DNA of 64,000 nucleotides from Yuukianura sp. NJ FZ-2021. Lineage: Eukaryota. Shown here one piece after another: positions 61,601 through 64,000 of this stretch. The position numbers and the translations under genes are program-made. Within the stretch, counting starts at the first letter, position 1; the number at the start of each line of letters is the position of its first letter. The stretch is from positions 7,812,001 to 7,876,000 of the forward strand of contig CM102290.1 in assembly GCA_046563655.1 (NCBI GenBank), given 5' to 3'. The notes beneath the pieces are model-generated. The model saw nothing but the letters and a program-made list of their open reading frames with translations. It had not been told where the DNA came from and made no database searches.

Positions 61601-64000
61601 GGAGAAGCTTGGTAATTGCTTTGAAATTGATTAGAATTTAGAGGATTGTTTTGATTTTGAAATGGAGGAATTTGAAGATTCGTTGGAAATTGGGCCGGAC
61701 TGGGTTGGGTGTAATGAAATGGAGTAGGATTTGTATAGTGCTTTTGAAATTCAATGTCATTTGGATGATTTTTTAAGTCTGGAGGAGCTGAACCAGTTTG
61801 AAATTGCGGTGGGGAACTTGAATGTGGAAGTTGAAATTGAACTGGATCGTTAGGATGACCATAATGAAAAAAGTTCGGGTCAGAAGGTGTAGGTGGCTCT
61901 GAATGTGTTGGTTCTGGTCCTCCTAGGAATGTGATCGATGGAGGTCGCTCAGGATCTCCTGTTCTGCTTTGATAAGGCATGGACTGGGAAGCGAGCGACT
62001 GCGGCAGTGCAGGAGACGTTGATTGGATTACTGCATTTTTAAAAGTGTCCGTCGGAGGTATACGACTCAAACTACGACCAAGATCTTCTAAATTGTTTTG
62101 GAGCCCATTTTGAATTTGTGGCGAAGTACTTGAACGTTTACGGTAAAGTTCACTGTCTGGCAGCAGCCCTTTGTAGACAGTTTCAGGGTTTAGATGATTC
62201 TCAATACCGAACCCAAGAAACTTAGGAGACTGGAGGGGATGACGTCTTTGATTCGGTAAGTTCTGGGTGTCAATTATCTGCGCAAGTGTTGATTGACCTT
62301 TGCTGAGGTCAACTGCAGGAGAGCTGACTATTGGCTGATGTCGATTCAAACGGACGTCTCTGATTGGTCCGATAGGTTGCTCGTAGAGTCTCTCTGCAGA
62401 ATGCTGTCCAGTTGGAGGTTGAGTTTGAAAATGACTTTGAACATTTTCAAGGTCTGCTGGAATCTGAGTGTGCCCATAGAAATCATTTTCGTCAACTTCA
62501 ACCACCGGAACAACTTCGATTTCTCCAGATTCATCTGTTTGTTCTTCAGCATCAATTCCTCCAGCATTTCCATCAGTCGAATACTGTATAACCGATTTTA
62601 ACTCTGCTGAAGTTGGAAGTGGCCGAGGCGTTGTAATATCAATGACATTGAAATTGACATTCGACTGAGTTGTAGCCTTGTCTTGACTTGGACTTTGCCG
62701 ATAGCTTCCACCGCGAAAATTTAAAAATTCTGGTTCACGATTCCGGACGTTTTGAGATTCTTTGAAAACTGCTGGCGGTTGAGTACTTTCGGCCATTGGA
62801 GTAGTTCTGTCGCCTTTGTTTCTATTTAAAGAAACCAGCGTCTCTTCACCACTAATCGTTTCGGGTGAAGATCTGTAAAAAGAATTTTGCTGAAGATTCA
62901 TGTAGTTTTTTTCCCAACTGGCTCTGTCCTTTACATGTTCATGTCCGTCGTCAAGATGGACGCTCTTGACGTCTGAAGTGGATGACGACTGGAGCCATTC
63001 TCCTGTTCCGTTCGTCTGATTTGAATTTCCTGAAGGAATTGATTGTCTCTCTGGTGGAATTGGCGTGGACGTGTAAACTTGGGATGGAATGAAAAATGTA
63101 TTGACTTTTTCCGTAAAAGAACTTACAGGATTGACTTTTTCTGTAACAGAGTTCAAAGGCCGCTCGATCTGTGGCCCTGGCGTTTCATTTGCTGAAATGG
63201 AATTAGAGTACGGGACGCTTTTGACCAAAACAAGAGAATTCGAAGGTTCCGGAACAATAGTTGGTGGACTCGGACCAGGAGAAGCTAGAATCGGAACGCT
63301 AGTGGTGGTACTTCGATAGCGTCGAACAATTCTTGGAGTTGTTGTTGGAAAAGCAGAGTTCGCGTCTTCATTTTCATCTTCGTCAAGTGTAGAATTCCAT
63401 CGATGTACTTTTCTGACTTTCATTCTAACTTTTCCTCGATATTCTGGTCGTATCCTTCTCCGTCGTTGTCCAAGTCCACCTTCATTTGGTTTTAAAGCCT
63501 CAACAAATGCATCTTCCAACGTAGGCGGGTCCTTAAAACCCACTAGCGCATTTGGACTCGGAAGATGTTCGTGGAAACCTAGGCTAGAATTGTTCGGAAG
63601 TTGTACGGTTTCAGTCTGATGGGTCAGGCTATGGTCTTCGGCCATGTTTTTGGTGCCCAACCTTGGCGGAACACTCAAACTAACGTTGGAATTGTTGAAA
63701 TAGGATACTGGGACTTGAGCAGGAAGTTGGAATGAGTTCACCTGATTCTCCAACGGTTCAATGTTTTCGGAAGCGTAACTTGGTGGTTCTAAACTTAAAG
63801 TAGATGTTTCAATCTCTTCGACTCTGTTAATTGGTAAACCCAATTCCTGTTCGTTAACAAATTCATGGCCAATGGTTGAGTACTTGGGATGATTGCCAAG
63901 CTCGCTTTCATTTCCTCTGAAGATTCCTTCGTTGTTCCCATCTCCCTCTTCGGATTTGTCTTCAGCATCTTGCGTTTCTGTCGAATCTTCCTTGGTATTG
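58632..64000 (-). CDS. Large low-complexity Pro/Ser/Thr/His-rich protein of unknown function, 5'-partial (at least 1736 aa in the window)
   Basis: Exons >64000-61229, 61158-60378 and 60290-58632 are joined in frame by 70-nt and 87-nt GT-AG introns, merging three long ORFs. The frame is open to the window edge. Confidence 0.85.

Overview
AT-rich eukaryotic genomic DNA with short spliceosomal introns (mostly about 55-95 nt). The proteins point to an arthropod; a springtail-like hexapod is a guess only. I assembled five protein-coding genes by hand from GT-AG exon chains with consistent phases. They are a mitochondrial phosphate carrier (SLC25A3/Mpcp, minus strand, 7 exons) hosting an intronic SNORA53-like H/ACA RNA, CBP/p300 (nejire, minus, 24 exons, about 2334 aa), an internally repeated metallothionein (plus, about 117 aa, 33 Cys) with three tandem MREs, an OtopLa-type otopetrin (plus, several alternative N-terminal exons), and the 3' part of a low-complexity protein of at least 1736 aa (minus). 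Non-autonomous elements are interspersed: three HINE/Helentron-like copies, a TA-flanked MITE, a hAT-like MITE and a possible decayed piggyBac fragment. The best leads are: (i) a candidate internal first exon in CBP intron 7 that supplies its own NLS and predicts a HAT isoform lacking TAZ1 and KIX; (ii) a His-to-Phe change in the conserved TM12 motif of the otopetrin, together with an array of phase-matched alternative first exons and a perfect RFX X-box; (iii) the expanded metallothionein with MREs amplified by tandem duplication; (iv) an unassigned multi-hairpin island between CBP and the metallothionein. All gene models are predictions without transcript data, and homolog comparisons are from recall, not from searches.
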